In this document: positions 51,694-60,919 of the stretch, piece after piece | Position numbering within the stretch: position 1 is the first letter of the stretch | How the letters are laid out: each line of letters opens with the position of its first letter | From: Promethearchaeia archaeon | Lineage (GTDB): Archaea; Asgardarchaeota; Lokiarchaeia; Sigyniarchaeales; SOKP01 | Direction of reading: 5' to 3' | NCBI GenBank assembly: GCA_029856045.1 | Contig: JAHQWG010000033.1 | Span: 32,001-96,000, forward strand | Length of the DNA stretch: 64,000 nt | Position numbers and translations under genes: made by a program | The notes under the pieces: model-generated | Database searches by the model: none | Told to the model about the DNA's origin: nothing | What the model saw: only the letters and a program-made list of their open reading frames with translations

Positions 51694-51978
51694 ATGGCTG
51701 GAAATGATCAACAAAATGCTGTCTTCGTTGGACGAAGGCCCACAATGAATTATGTCATGGCTACAATGATGGTACTTAACAGAGGCGATGAATGCACAGT
51801 AAAGGCACGAGGAAGAGCAATTTCTCATGCTGTAGATGTTTGCGAAATCCTTCGCAACCGATTCTTAAAGGGAACAGAATACGGAGATATTATCTTGGGC
51901 ACAGAGGAATTAGAAGGTGAAGGTGGGCAAAAAAATAATGTAAGTTCCATCGAAATTACATTGAAACCACCAAAATAA
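51694..51978 (+). CDS. albA: DNA/RNA-binding protein Alba
   Basis: VFVGRRPTMNYV, VKARGRAISHAVDVCE, VSSIEITL. An AGAGGT SD lies upstream. Confidence 0.97.
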   Translation: MAGNDQQNAVFVGRRPTMNYVMATMMVLNRGDECTVKARGRAISHAVDVCEILRNRFLKGTEYGDIILGTEELEGEGGQKNNVSSIEITLKPPK

Positions 51979-52251
51979 AATACCTAAACTAGAAAACGTC
52001 GTTACATCGACAATACTTATCTACTTTTTTTTTTTATTTTAACCCAAAATGATTATTTTAATTAAATCTCTATATTAAATGTTCATTTTTAATAAATAGT
52101 TATTTGTATCGTAATTAGAATATTTAAATCAAGCCCATCCTGTACAAAATCTCAAACCAGGGGTAATCTCTATATGATAATAAAAAATTTAGCATAAATT
52201 TATAGAAAATATATAAATATGTTTTTATATTTTTTATAATTTATATATAAT

Positions 52252-52581
52252 ATGACAACCCGAACTACAGTAGCAATTGATAAAGAATTAAGAAAAAGGC
52301 TTAGAAAATTATCTGCATGGCTTGATATTACGCAAGCTGAGGTTATTAAACGTGCATTATCATTATTTGAAAAAGAAATTATTCAAAATATGCAAACACC
52401 TAAAAAGCAAAATTATAATAAAAAATCTGAATCCGATATAGAAAAAATACTAAAAGATGCAACAAAAGTTATTTGGGAAAAAGACCCAGAAAGAAGGACT
52501 TTACAACGGAAATTATCTGCCGGACCTGAAATAATTGATGATTTTATTCTAGATAATTGGTATACGGGATTGGAAGAATGA
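52252..52581 (+). CDS. Ribbon-helix-helix antitoxin (VapB-like)
   Basis: RTTVAIDKELRKRLRKL...TQAEVIKRAL. Its stop overlaps the PIN gene ATG (ATGA at 52578-81). Confidence 0.75.
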   Translation: MTTRTTVAIDKELRKRLRKLSAWLDITQAEVIKRALSLFEKEIIQNMQTPKKQNYNKKSESDIEKILKDATKVIWEKDPERRTLQRKLSAGPEIIDDFILDNWYTGLEE

Positions 52582-53018
52582 TATTACAAAACACAACAAC
52601 AAAATTAGATAAAAATAAAAATTGGTTAGCTCTCGATTCTAACGTATTTAGGAATCTAGATTTTATTAACTTTTTAACTCTAAAGAAATTAGAGTTTCAT
52701 ATTTTTATGCCTACTATTGTTCAATTAGAAGTGGGATACTATTATAAAGCGCGAGGAATTACATGGGAAGAATTTAAAAAAGACATACAAAAATTTGGTG
52801 GCATTTTCATACAATGGGATAATAAATTAATTCCAGAAGCAATTCGATTTGCCTTTATTGAAAAAAAACATCTCCCCTTCAAAAAACACTTTCGAGATTT
52901 TTTAATAGGTGTTGAGTGTAAAAATATTCCCACTCCATTAATTACATATAATAAAAATCATTTTACTTGGTTGAAAGATATTAATATCTATACACCAGAA
53001 GAATATCTCCACAAATAA
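52578..53018 (+). CDS. vapC: PIN-domain toxin (VapC-like)
   Basis: ALDSNVF, PTIVQLEV, FRDFLIG, LITYNKNHF, IYTPEE. Translationally coupled to the RHH gene. Confidence 0.85.
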   Translation: MILQNTTTKLDKNKNWLALDSNVFRNLDFINFLTLKKLEFHIFMPTIVQLEVGYYYKARGITWEEFKKDIQKFGGIFIQWDNKLIPEAIRFAFIEKKHLPFKKHFRDFLIGVECKNIPTPLITYNKNHFTWLKDINIYTPEEYLHK

Positions 53019-53157
53019 AACTTAAATAGGGATTAATTTTTTATTTTGATAGATTTTTTTTAAAAAAACCTAATTATAGTAGATTTAAAATTAATAATAA
53101 TTTTAAAATTGATTAGATTATTTCATAAAATAGGTTTTTAAAAGGATTTGAAAAATT

Positions 53158-54300
53158 ATGTCAGAAGAAAAATATAAAAAAGCCGCAAGAATAATTGTAA
53201 AAGCAGGATTTCTTCCTTTTCCAATTAGTGACACTTTACTTGAAATATCGAAGTTATTAATTAATGAAAATGAATTGGATTTAATTTTTGCTTTTAAACG
53301 GCAAGTTTCTCAAACTATGGAGCAATTAAAAAAGAGTAGCAAAATGGATGTTGATGAAATATTAAAAAATATAGAGTCTTTAGCCAAAAAGGGTTTAATT
53401 TTCGATCAACCAAGTTCTAAAGGTGTTATGGTTTATAGACTACTACCTTTATTGAATGTTGGCGTTTTTGAATATACTTTTATGAAAAAGCTTGAGTACT
53501 CAGAAAAGGAAAAGAAATTTGCAATCTTATTTGAGAAATTATTTAGTGAATATAAAGATTTTGTTCAAGATAATTACGATTCAATTGTACCATTTCTTCA
53601 GACAATGCCTCCTGTTGATCGTACAATTCCAATAGTAGAAAAAAATGTGGAAGGTAAAGATATTGAAATATCCGTTAATGAAGAGTTAGAAGCACCCCAG
53701 GAAGAAGTCTTGCTCGCACAGAACGTAGAAGAAATAATTAATAAATTTGATGATATTGCGGTTGGATTTTGTTATTGCCGACATCATAAAGATTTACTGG
53801 GCGATTCGTGCAAAATTAATGCACCACGAGAGAATTGTTTCACTTTTGGAAAGTCAGCTAGATTTACTACTAAACAAGGTTTTGCTAGAATGGTTACAAA
53901 AGAAGAGGCATTAAAAATATTAAGGGAGGCTGAAGAATATGGATTAGTACATAAAGCATTCCATCCACATTCAGATATATATAAAGCTGAAACTTCAATT
54001 TGTAACTGTTGCACTTGCTGCTGTGAAACTTTTGATCAATTTAGGAAAGGTGCTTTGCCTATAATTAATGTAACCAATTATTTATCGTGTGTGAATCCTG
54101 ATCTTTGCATAGGCTGTGGAACATGCATAGAAAAGTGTCCCATTGGTGCAATATCATTAAATGATGAAAATATCGCTGAAGTGAATGATTCTTATTGTAT
54201 TGGATGCGGAATATGCGCTCATTTCTGTCCAGAAACAGCAATATCCTTATTAGAAGGGAGAAGGACTGTTTATATCCCTCCTCCAAGATTAAAATCTTAA
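53158..54300 (+). CDS. 4Fe-4S-binding protein with N-terminal winged-helix-like region
   Basis: CYCRH, ENC, GLVH, ICNCCTCCC, CIGCGTCIEKCP, CIGCGICAHFCP. Confidence 0.88.
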   Translation: MSEEKYKKAARIIVKAGFLPFPISDTLLEISKLLINENELDLIFAFKRQVSQTMEQLKKSSKMDVDEILKNIESLAKKGLIFDQPSSKGVMVYRLLPLLNVGVFEYTFMKKLEYSEKEKKFAILFEKLFSEYKDFVQDNYDSIVPFLQTMPPVDRTIPIVEKNVEGKDIEISVNEELEAPQEEVLLAQNVEEIINKFDDIAVGFCYCRHHKDLLGDSCKINAPRENCFTFGKSARFTTKQGFARMVTKEEALKILREAEEYGLVHKAFHPHSDIYKAETSICNCCTCCCETFDQFRKGALPIINVTNYLSCVNPDLCIGCGTCIEKCPIGAISLNDENIAEVNDSYCIGCGICAHFCPETAISLLEGRRTVYIPPPRLKS

Positions 54301-54425
54301 TATCATTAAATAAATTTTGTTTTCTTTTTATTTTTAAGAGAAAATATTTACAAATCCAATTATTTAAGATTATTTAGGTTGATTTTTCCCTTTTGGAATT
54401 ATTATTTAGAAAGATTCATATAAAA

Positions 54426-54782
54426 TTAATAAAATTGAGTTCGCAACTTAGAAATCAAAAGACCCTTATCCAATACTTGAATACCATTGTTTTTTCCAAA
54501 TTTTTCTGAAAATTCACTAGATTTACTACAAATCATAACTCCCCCCTCAATATCATCAATATCATTGCAAGCTTTATTTAATTGACGAATCTGAGTTATT
54601 GAGATTTCTCGTTTCCAATCTCGAATAAAGACTCCAAATTTTCCGTTGTCTAATATTAATGCGTCAAATTTCCAAACTTTTCCTGATTTACCTCGAAATG
54701 TTTTTTCTTCATCTATATATCGATAATTCGCAGAAAATAAAATTTTTGCTAATTCTCGCAGGTTTTTATCTTTTAAATCCAA
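54426..54782 (-). CDS. Small Mrr-like PD-(D/E)xK-fold protein, probably catalytically degenerate
   Basis: GKSGKVWKFDA, DWKREISITQIRQL, GGVMIC...FS...GIQVLD. Confidence 0.7.
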   Translation of the reverse strand: MDLKDKNLRELAKILFSANYRYIDEEKTFRGKSGKVWKFDALILDNGKFGVFIRDWKREISITQIRQLNKACNDIDDIEGGVMICSKSSEFSEKFGKNNGIQVLDKGLLISKLRTQFY

Positions 54783-54920
54783 TTCACATGCACATTTTTT
54801 TTCTTTTTTAGCGAAATATTGAGATGGTATCTAAATCTAGTTTATTTTTAAAAAATATTTAACATAATATAATATTGAGAAAGTATATCAATTTTTGTCG
54901 GATTTCCATTTTTTATTAAT

Positions 54921-55130
54921 TTAATCTAACTTGATTAATGAATCATCTCTGATATTTGAATCAATTTCTTTCGAATAATTTTTAAAAATTTCATCAAAAT
55001 TTTTTACTAAATTATTTGCTAAGACTTCACATCTATTAGAGAATTCAATTTTTTCTATATCTGTTTCTCGATATCTTTCGATTGATAGTATTTTTGCTAA
55101 TTCTCTCAGATTTTTTTCATTTATATCCAA
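54921..55130 (-). CDS. Short paralog or remnant sharing only the N-terminal ~24 aa with 54426..54782
   Basis: MDINEKNLRELAKILSIERYR versus MDLKDKNLRELAKILFSANYR, plus a shared upstream 13-mer. Confidence 0.5.
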   Translation of the reverse strand: MDINEKNLRELAKILSIERYRETDIEKIEFSNRCEVLANNLVKNFDEIFKNYSKEIDSNIRDDSLIKLD

Positions 55131-55237
55131 TTAAATTTCACAACTTTTAATTTCAATTTGTTAAATATTATTAGTATAGTATCTAAATCTACATCTGTGG
55201 GATATTTAATACATTGTGATATCTGCGGAATATCCTT

Positions 55238-56086
55238 CTAAAAAAAAGCACTAATTTTTATTAGAGGATAATCTCCTTTATTAGGACCAAATTTTTCTAA
55301 ATATAAATCCAAGATGCTTTTAAAAAAGTTTATTATATTAATCGCAACTACTTCACAAATATTGTTACAATCAAAGTAATTATCTAGAAGCAAAGGACAT
55401 CTTGGATTAAATTTTTTACAATATTTTTTCATTTGGAGTGAAAATCCTTCTGCTTGAAGTGTTTCAAAATAATTCCATGAGTCTTTGAATCCAGCAAACT
55501 CACAAGGCTTTATTTCTTGAAGTCTCTCTTCTAAAGATTTTTTATTGAATTTGAATTTTAAACGGTGTTTTATTTTTTTCAATTCAATAGCAAATTCTGC
55601 TTGACTCCAATTACTATACATCTGGAGTAAAGCTTCAGCTTTTATAACCTTTTCAGGTGAAATTATTCTCCAACCATCTGCTCTTTTACATTTAATATTT
55701 TTATTTTCAAAATTATCAAAATTAGTCGGATATATCCAACACTGAGGAGGTTTAAGACCTGTGGAATGGAGTTTACATCCATTTATCTTTTTATCATAGA
55801 ATGAGCACTTTGCTGTTTTGTCATCAATCCTTATTTGAAATGAAAAAACATCTCCTCTAATAAAATCTTTTTCTTTACCTAATCTTTGTCTTATAATTTC
55901 TTCAGCTAATATTTTTGGGACATCGATAAATATAGAGCAGCAATCAGCATGGCAAATATTTGGGTTTGTACAATCAGGACCTGTTATTCCCTCTTTCATT
56001 AATTTATTGTAATTCCTGATAATTTCTAATATATCCTTTTCAAGGATATTTTGATTTTCTTCTCTATTCAGTTCATTTACTTTCAA
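55238..56086 (-). CDS. YkgJ/CxxCxxCC cysteine-cluster protein
   Basis: C....CHADCC, CSFYD...GCKLH...KPPQCWIYP. Confidence 0.8.
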   Translation of the reverse strand: MKVNELNREENQNILEKDILEIIRNYNKLMKEGITGPDCTNPNICHADCCSIFIDVPKILAEEIIRQRLGKEKDFIRGDVFSFQIRIDDKTAKCSFYDKKINGCKLHSTGLKPPQCWIYPTNFDNFENKNIKCKRADGWRIISPEKVIKAEALLQMYSNWSQAEFAIELKKIKHRLKFKFNKKSLEERLQEIKPCEFAGFKDSWNYFETLQAEGFSLQMKKYCKKFNPRCPLLLDNYFDCNNICEVVAINIINFFKSILDLYLEKFGPNKGDYPLIKISAFF

Positions 56087-56322
56087 ATTTCTTCATTTAT
56101 TATAATAAAAGGGGATTAAGCAAAAACATAGCGGTAATTTCTAATATCATTCAAAACGTATCGAAATTAAATTTATTTTGTTTTTTAATATTAAAAATTA
56201 TTTAAGAATTCAATTTTTTATTTAAGAATTACTATAAATTATTTATTACATAATTTATATTAAATCTATAAGAAACATCATACAATACCCCTAATTAATT
56301 AAAATTTTAAGGTATAAGTTAA

Positions 56323-58485
56323 ATGAGTGATACAGAATTTAAAAAAAATTTATTAATTGTAATTGATATAACCGAAAAAGAAAATACTATTCTCAACGAT
56401 TTAGGAAATATTAAAGAAATAAGTGGAAACGGAAAATTAATTATAAAAAATCCGTCTGATAAAAGTCGATTGTGGAACATTACATGTGATCTAAAAGAAA
56501 CGGTAAAAACTTCATTTTCTGCACGTGAAATAAAAATAGATACTCTAGACCCGTTAAAGGATTTTTCTTCCAATTATACAATTTCTAACATAAAAGAACC
56601 TCTTTTAACAGTTACTGAAAAATTCGATACTTTATCAGATTTTTCAGATCGAGAAAATAACACGTTTTTATTTGCTCAAGATACTAAATGTCAGTTAAAA
56701 CTCCATTTAACAAATCAAATAAGTGGAGATATTATCAATATTAAACTTATTAAAGAGATTCCTCCTATACTTAAAGATATTGAGCTCGTTCCACCTAATA
56801 ATGGAACAGCTTCAATGAAAGAAGAAGAAGGTTCGAATAAAATATTTTGGGAATTAAACTCTTTAGGTGTTGGTCAATCGGCTGAATTAGTAGTAAATTG
56901 TATTGGATTAGCAAATTCCGTAGAAATGCAACCACTTGGAGAAATAAGTGCTACATATCTAGTAAACAATAGAATATTAACAATGATTGATCCAGATATA
57001 GTTGCAATAACAGATTCGATGAGTGGAGTAACAAGGGATGAAGGTAGCAAACCAGGGGTATGGGATTGTAATGTTGAATTCATTAATGAATCTGAATTTC
57101 AAGTAAAGTTAAATGATGTAAGAGTAGAACATAATATTATTACTGGGAAAGAAATTGTAGTATCCCAAGCACCCGGAAAGATTTTAAACAGAGACCAAGC
57201 ATGGGATTATGATTTCATTGTTGAATCTAAAGAAGTCCCTCAATTAGAACCAACTTTCGAATTCACTACTTTATTTACAGTGATAAAACGAGTTGAGGGA
57301 ACTATATATAAAGAACCATTATATTATCCCGTACTTCGGGCAGAAGTTTCAAAAGATATTAAACCAAATGAGGTAGGAGCTTATGCAAATACTGATATGG
57401 AAATCTTTAACACTATTTTTAATAAAGGATCAGCTCCAATCGATAAATTACTGATTACAGATGAAATAAACGAAGATTTTGAACCTCCAGACCTGAATAA
57501 AATTAAACTCTTTGCAAAAACTGGTGGGGAATTAAAAGGAATTTTCGGTAATGAATATGTTAAGGTATTTCAAATTACCCCGGATAATAAGGACTTGACA
57601 AAATCTCATAGAATAGAAATTGAACTATTTAATATGGCAAATGACTTATCATCAGATAGTACTTTAGAAATTTCTTATCCAATAATTGCTCGAAATCCAA
57701 AACCTGATAAATCGTATCAAATTCCAATTACTGTTCAGTTAAATACGAAAATTGAAGGAAAACCCTATATTATTGGCCCAAGTGAAACACCGGAAATAAG
57801 AATTAAATATATTGCTAGAAAATTTAAGACTCTTAAAAGTATTAAGCCAGGTAGTGCAGCGGGGGAGTTTATTGTAAGTATTCGACTCCAAAATCAAGGA
57901 AATGTTGAATTAGAAAATATTCTATTTAAGGATAAAATTCCAGTCAATTTTGAATTGATAAGCTTTTCTCCAATGGAATTGAAATATGAGTTAAATAAGA
58001 TTGAAAATGAATCTGAATTAGTTGTAAGAATTATAGAGTTAAAAGCTGATACTGTATTGAAGATCGAATATCAATGTTCTGGTATTGGTGAATACCCACG
58101 ACATGAACCAGTAGTTATTGTTGAAGGAAGGAAAGACGTCATTTCTCAGCCTGAAGAAAATGTAGAACCAACTGTAAGTAGAACACCCGAATCATCAATA
58201 AGTTCCTTTGCAGAAAACATATCATTCTCAATTAAATCACAAATTATTGATGAGATTATTAATCTTGAGAAAAAAATTACCCCTGGATTAAAATCAGTGG
58301 ATGTTGCCAATATGATTGAATATATGAGAGATCTTATTGCTAACATTGCGAGAGTTGGTCCCTTTATTCATGAAATTGGACAAATTGCAAAAGAGTTTAA
58401 AGATCTAGGAGAAAAAACCGTTGTTGGTGAATCTCACGATAAAATTACCAAAAAAATCAAAGAATGGAAAGCTAAATTTTCATAA
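56323..58485 (+). CDS. Cytoplasmic multi-beta-sandwich protein: mu-homology (adaptin mu/delta-COP)-like domain + Ig-like domains + C-terminal Vps28-like helical bundle
   Basis: No signal peptide or TM. IDITEKENTILNDLGNIKEISGNGKLII and IPP...G......KIFWELNSL..GQSAEL...EISATY resemble MHD strands. K.I.P...V.I...N.G..L.NI...D.IP are DUF11-like Ig repeats. The last ~80 aa are helical. The CDS is certain; the domain calls are inference. Confidence 0.6.
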   Translation: MSDTEFKKNLLIVIDITEKENTILNDLGNIKEISGNGKLIIKNPSDKSRLWNITCDLKETVKTSFSAREIKIDTLDPLKDFSSNYTISNIKEPLLTVTEKFDTLSDFSDRENNTFLFAQDTKCQLKLHLTNQISGDIINIKLIKEIPPILKDIELVPPNNGTASMKEEEGSNKIFWELNSLGVGQSAELVVNCIGLANSVEMQPLGEISATYLVNNRILTMIDPDIVAITDSMSGVTRDEGSKPGVWDCNVEFINESEFQVKLNDVRVEHNIITGKEIVVSQAPGKILNRDQAWDYDFIVESKEVPQLEPTFEFTTLFTVIKRVEGTIYKEPLYYPVLRAEVSKDIKPNEVGAYANTDMEIFNTIFNKGSAPIDKLLITDEINEDFEPPDLNKIKLFAKTGGELKGIFGNEYVKVFQITPDNKDLTKSHRIEIELFNMANDLSSDSTLEISYPIIARNPKPDKSYQIPITVQLNTKIEGKPYIIGPSETPEIRIKYIARKFKTLKSIKPGSAAGEFIVSIRLQNQGNVELENILFKDKIPVNFELISFSPMELKYELNKIENESELVVRIIELKADTVLKIEYQCSGIGEYPRHEPVVIVEGRKDVISQPEENVEPTVSRTPESSISSFAENISFSIKSQIIDEIINLEKKITPGLKSVDVANMIEYMRDLIANIARVGPFIHEIGQIAKEFKDLGEKTVVGESHDKITKKIKEWKAKFS

Positions 58486-58560
58486 AAATCTAATTTTTAT
58501 ATATATCTTTTTTTATTATTAATTGAAATGAAGTTATAGAAAGCACAGATTTATTGCTTT

Positions 58561-59694
58561 TTACTCATCATCTGCTTTTGGAATTTTGGGAAGTATCCTT
58601 CCAGAAACTTTAATTGTTTTAGGTTTAGTTTGATTATCTTTAGTTGTTCCTAAAGTGTCTTTCTTTGCACTCGATGTCTTAGATATGACCTTTTTAGCTG
58701 TTTTTTTTGTAGGTGTTTTTTTACTTATCGTTTTAGTGGATATTTTTTTAGCTGGCGTTCTAGAGGTTGTTTTTTTTACCGGAGTTCTAGTTGATGTTTT
58801 ATTATTTCTTATTGGAGTCTTTTTATCTAATGTTAATACTTCAATCCCTTTTATTATAGCACGTTCCTCATCAATATAAACCTTTATCTTATTATTTTCT
58901 AGGTCAATTATTCCACTAGGAAATTTTTTAATTCTTTCCCATTCTATATCCTCAACTTCCTCTCCAAGAACAGTAGTTATCTTAGAGACCGCTCCATATA
59001 AATAGTTCCCCATTATGATATTTTGCCGTTTATATCCAGCTGGAATTTCATTTTTTAAAATTTCATTCAAAATTCTTTTAACTTGATCTTGAGAAAAAGA
59101 TGATTTTTTAGTAGTGTATCCAGGACTTATACTTGATGGAGTTATTGGAATAGGTTTAGAAGTTACTTTTTCATTTACTTGAGGTTTAAAAACAGGAGAT
59201 ACTAGAGTAGATTCCATAGCATTCCCATTAAAACTACCTAAAGCTGGGGAATAATAATCTGTACTTTCTACTTTCTTCGAAACCGGATCTGCATCCAGAA
59301 TTATCCCTTGAATCTTACCATCTCTTTCTATATTTCTAATATATCTCATATCTGGTAATCTTTCAGTTACTTCCATCGATTCTAGACCAAACACATTCAA
59401 AAATTCGACCAATTCATCGCCTTGATCGATTGATTTTATTATACATCGATGAAATCCTGCTGATTTTATTAATTCATTTTGCAGTTCTTGGGCAACTCGT
59501 GAAGATATGAATCTCTTCCGAACTGGAGACTTAGAACCTTTCCAAATAAAAATTCTCCTTAGATCTTCCCTAACTATCACAAATACCTGATTAGGATCTA
59601 AAATTGATCCTAATTCTTCAGAAGATATATTCAGTTCATTTCTATTTCCATCATCTAATAATTCAAAAGCCATAAATTCCTTGTATTCAGTCAT
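58561..59694 (-). CDS. Gelsolin-domain protein (Asgard 1DGelX-like) with a basic K/T-rich tail
   Basis: LDPNQVFVI....RIFIWKGSKS....RF...A...IDQGDE..EFL is the gelsolin-repeat signature. A second domain starts IPAGYKRQNII.GN.LYG. The tail is low-complexity. Confidence 0.82.
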   Translation of the reverse strand: MTEYKEFMAFELLDDGNRNELNISSEELGSILDPNQVFVIVREDLRRIFIWKGSKSPVRKRFISSRVAQELQNELIKSAGFHRCIIKSIDQGDELVEFLNVFGLESMEVTERLPDMRYIRNIERDGKIQGIILDADPVSKKVESTDYYSPALGSFNGNAMESTLVSPVFKPQVNEKVTSKPIPITPSSISPGYTTKKSSFSQDQVKRILNEILKNEIPAGYKRQNIIMGNYLYGAVSKITTVLGEEVEDIEWERIKKFPSGIIDLENNKIKVYIDEERAIIKGIEVLTLDKKTPIRNNKTSTRTPVKKTTSRTPAKKISTKTISKKTPTKKTAKKVISKTSSAKKDTLGTTKDNQTKPKTIKVSGRILPKIPKADDE

Positions 59695-60043
59695 TATTCT
59701 TCTTTATACTTGTCTCAAATTAAAAGCAATTTTCTCTATAACCTTTAGATAAAAGCTCTCTTATTTGAATATTTTTATTTTTAATTTTGTCTAAATCTAC
59801 AAAAACTAATATATTCATATAATATCTATATATATTTTTATCCATCTTCATGTTTTAGATTAATACTATAGGATAATTATGATCTAATCGAAAATAATTC
59901 TATAACGACCATTAAACTCTCGTCTAGCAACCAAATTATCTTAATTTAATCAAAAATATTAATACAAATTTAACAATAATTATATAAATCTTTATTCTCA
60001 TATTGTTATTAAATTAAATTAATCAATTTCATTATTAAAAGGT

Positions 60044-60736
60044 TTGAATAAAATGGGAGTAAATTTTTGCCCAAGTTGTGGTGATCCTTTACAACCTGGT
60101 CAGAAGTTCTGTGAAAAATGCGGTGCTAAAATTGATGACTCTGCACCAGTACCTTCTCAAACTAAAAGTGCTACCAGCCCCGTTCGAAGTGGTGGAATCT
60201 TTGATATTAACAGAAACTACTATGTCTTGAAAGAGAAATACTGGGATTGGGGGTCTGGCGATATTCTTGATGAAAAGGGGCAACCCATCGGGAGAATGCA
60301 TCGAAAAATAATTTCACTTAGAAGGAAAGTTGAGCTTATGGAATTGGATGGTACTATCCAAGCAACAATTCATGCTAAGATTGTTAGTGCAAGAGGATCT
60401 CAAGATTTGAAAGATCCAGAGGGAAATATGATCGCTAGAATCAAAAAATCAATAACTAGTGTTTTTCGCCCTAAATTTTACTTAGAATCTCCTGATGGAG
60501 ATAAATGGTATGAAGCTCAAGGTAAATTCATGGGTTGGTCCTACAAAGTCACAAATTTTAAAACTGGTGAGTTAGTTGCAGAAATCGAGAAAGCTGATCG
60601 GTGGAGGGATGTTTTTTTGGGTGGTATGTTCGATTTTAAGGACACATACGCCTTACGGATTCATGATAATAAAACTGATAGGCGTATTTTAGTGGGGTTT
60701 GTTCTTTCAATTGATAATGTCTTGCATGATAAATAA
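60044..60736 (+). CDS. Zinc-ribbon + LURP-one/scramblase (Tubby-C-like) protein (likely ATG at 60053)
   Basis: FCPSCG...KFCEKCG, then YVLKEK..WG..DILDEKGQPIG, I.DPEGNMIARIKK, GELVAEIEK...DTYALRI and a terminal hydrophobic helix GFVLSID. Confidence 0.85.
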   Translation: MNKMGVNFCPSCGDPLQPGQKFCEKCGAKIDDSAPVPSQTKSATSPVRSGGIFDINRNYYVLKEKYWDWGSGDILDEKGQPIGRMHRKIISLRRKVELMELDGTIQATIHAKIVSARGSQDLKDPEGNMIARIKKSITSVFRPKFYLESPDGDKWYEAQGKFMGWSYKVTNFKTGELVAEIEKADRWRDVFLGGMFDFKDTYALRIHDNKTDRRILVGFVLSIDNVLHDK

Positions 60737-60919
60737 TATTTAATTCTTTTTTTTTCTTAACTTCTTTTTTCAAAAATAGTGATAAAAATGATATCATTTT
60801 TAGGAACCCTATTTAACTAGTACAATTTATTCAAACCTAAAGTAATTATTGAAAGATATTTTATTTTAATTAAGAAGATATTTATATAAATAAGTAGAAA
60901 TAATAATAGGTTTTTTACA

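Noticed and set aside
52252-53018. VapBC pair as marker of a mobile or defence island
   Set aside because: Flanked by housekeeping and metabolic genes with no integrase, att repeats or other defence genes; an ordinary solitary TA locus.
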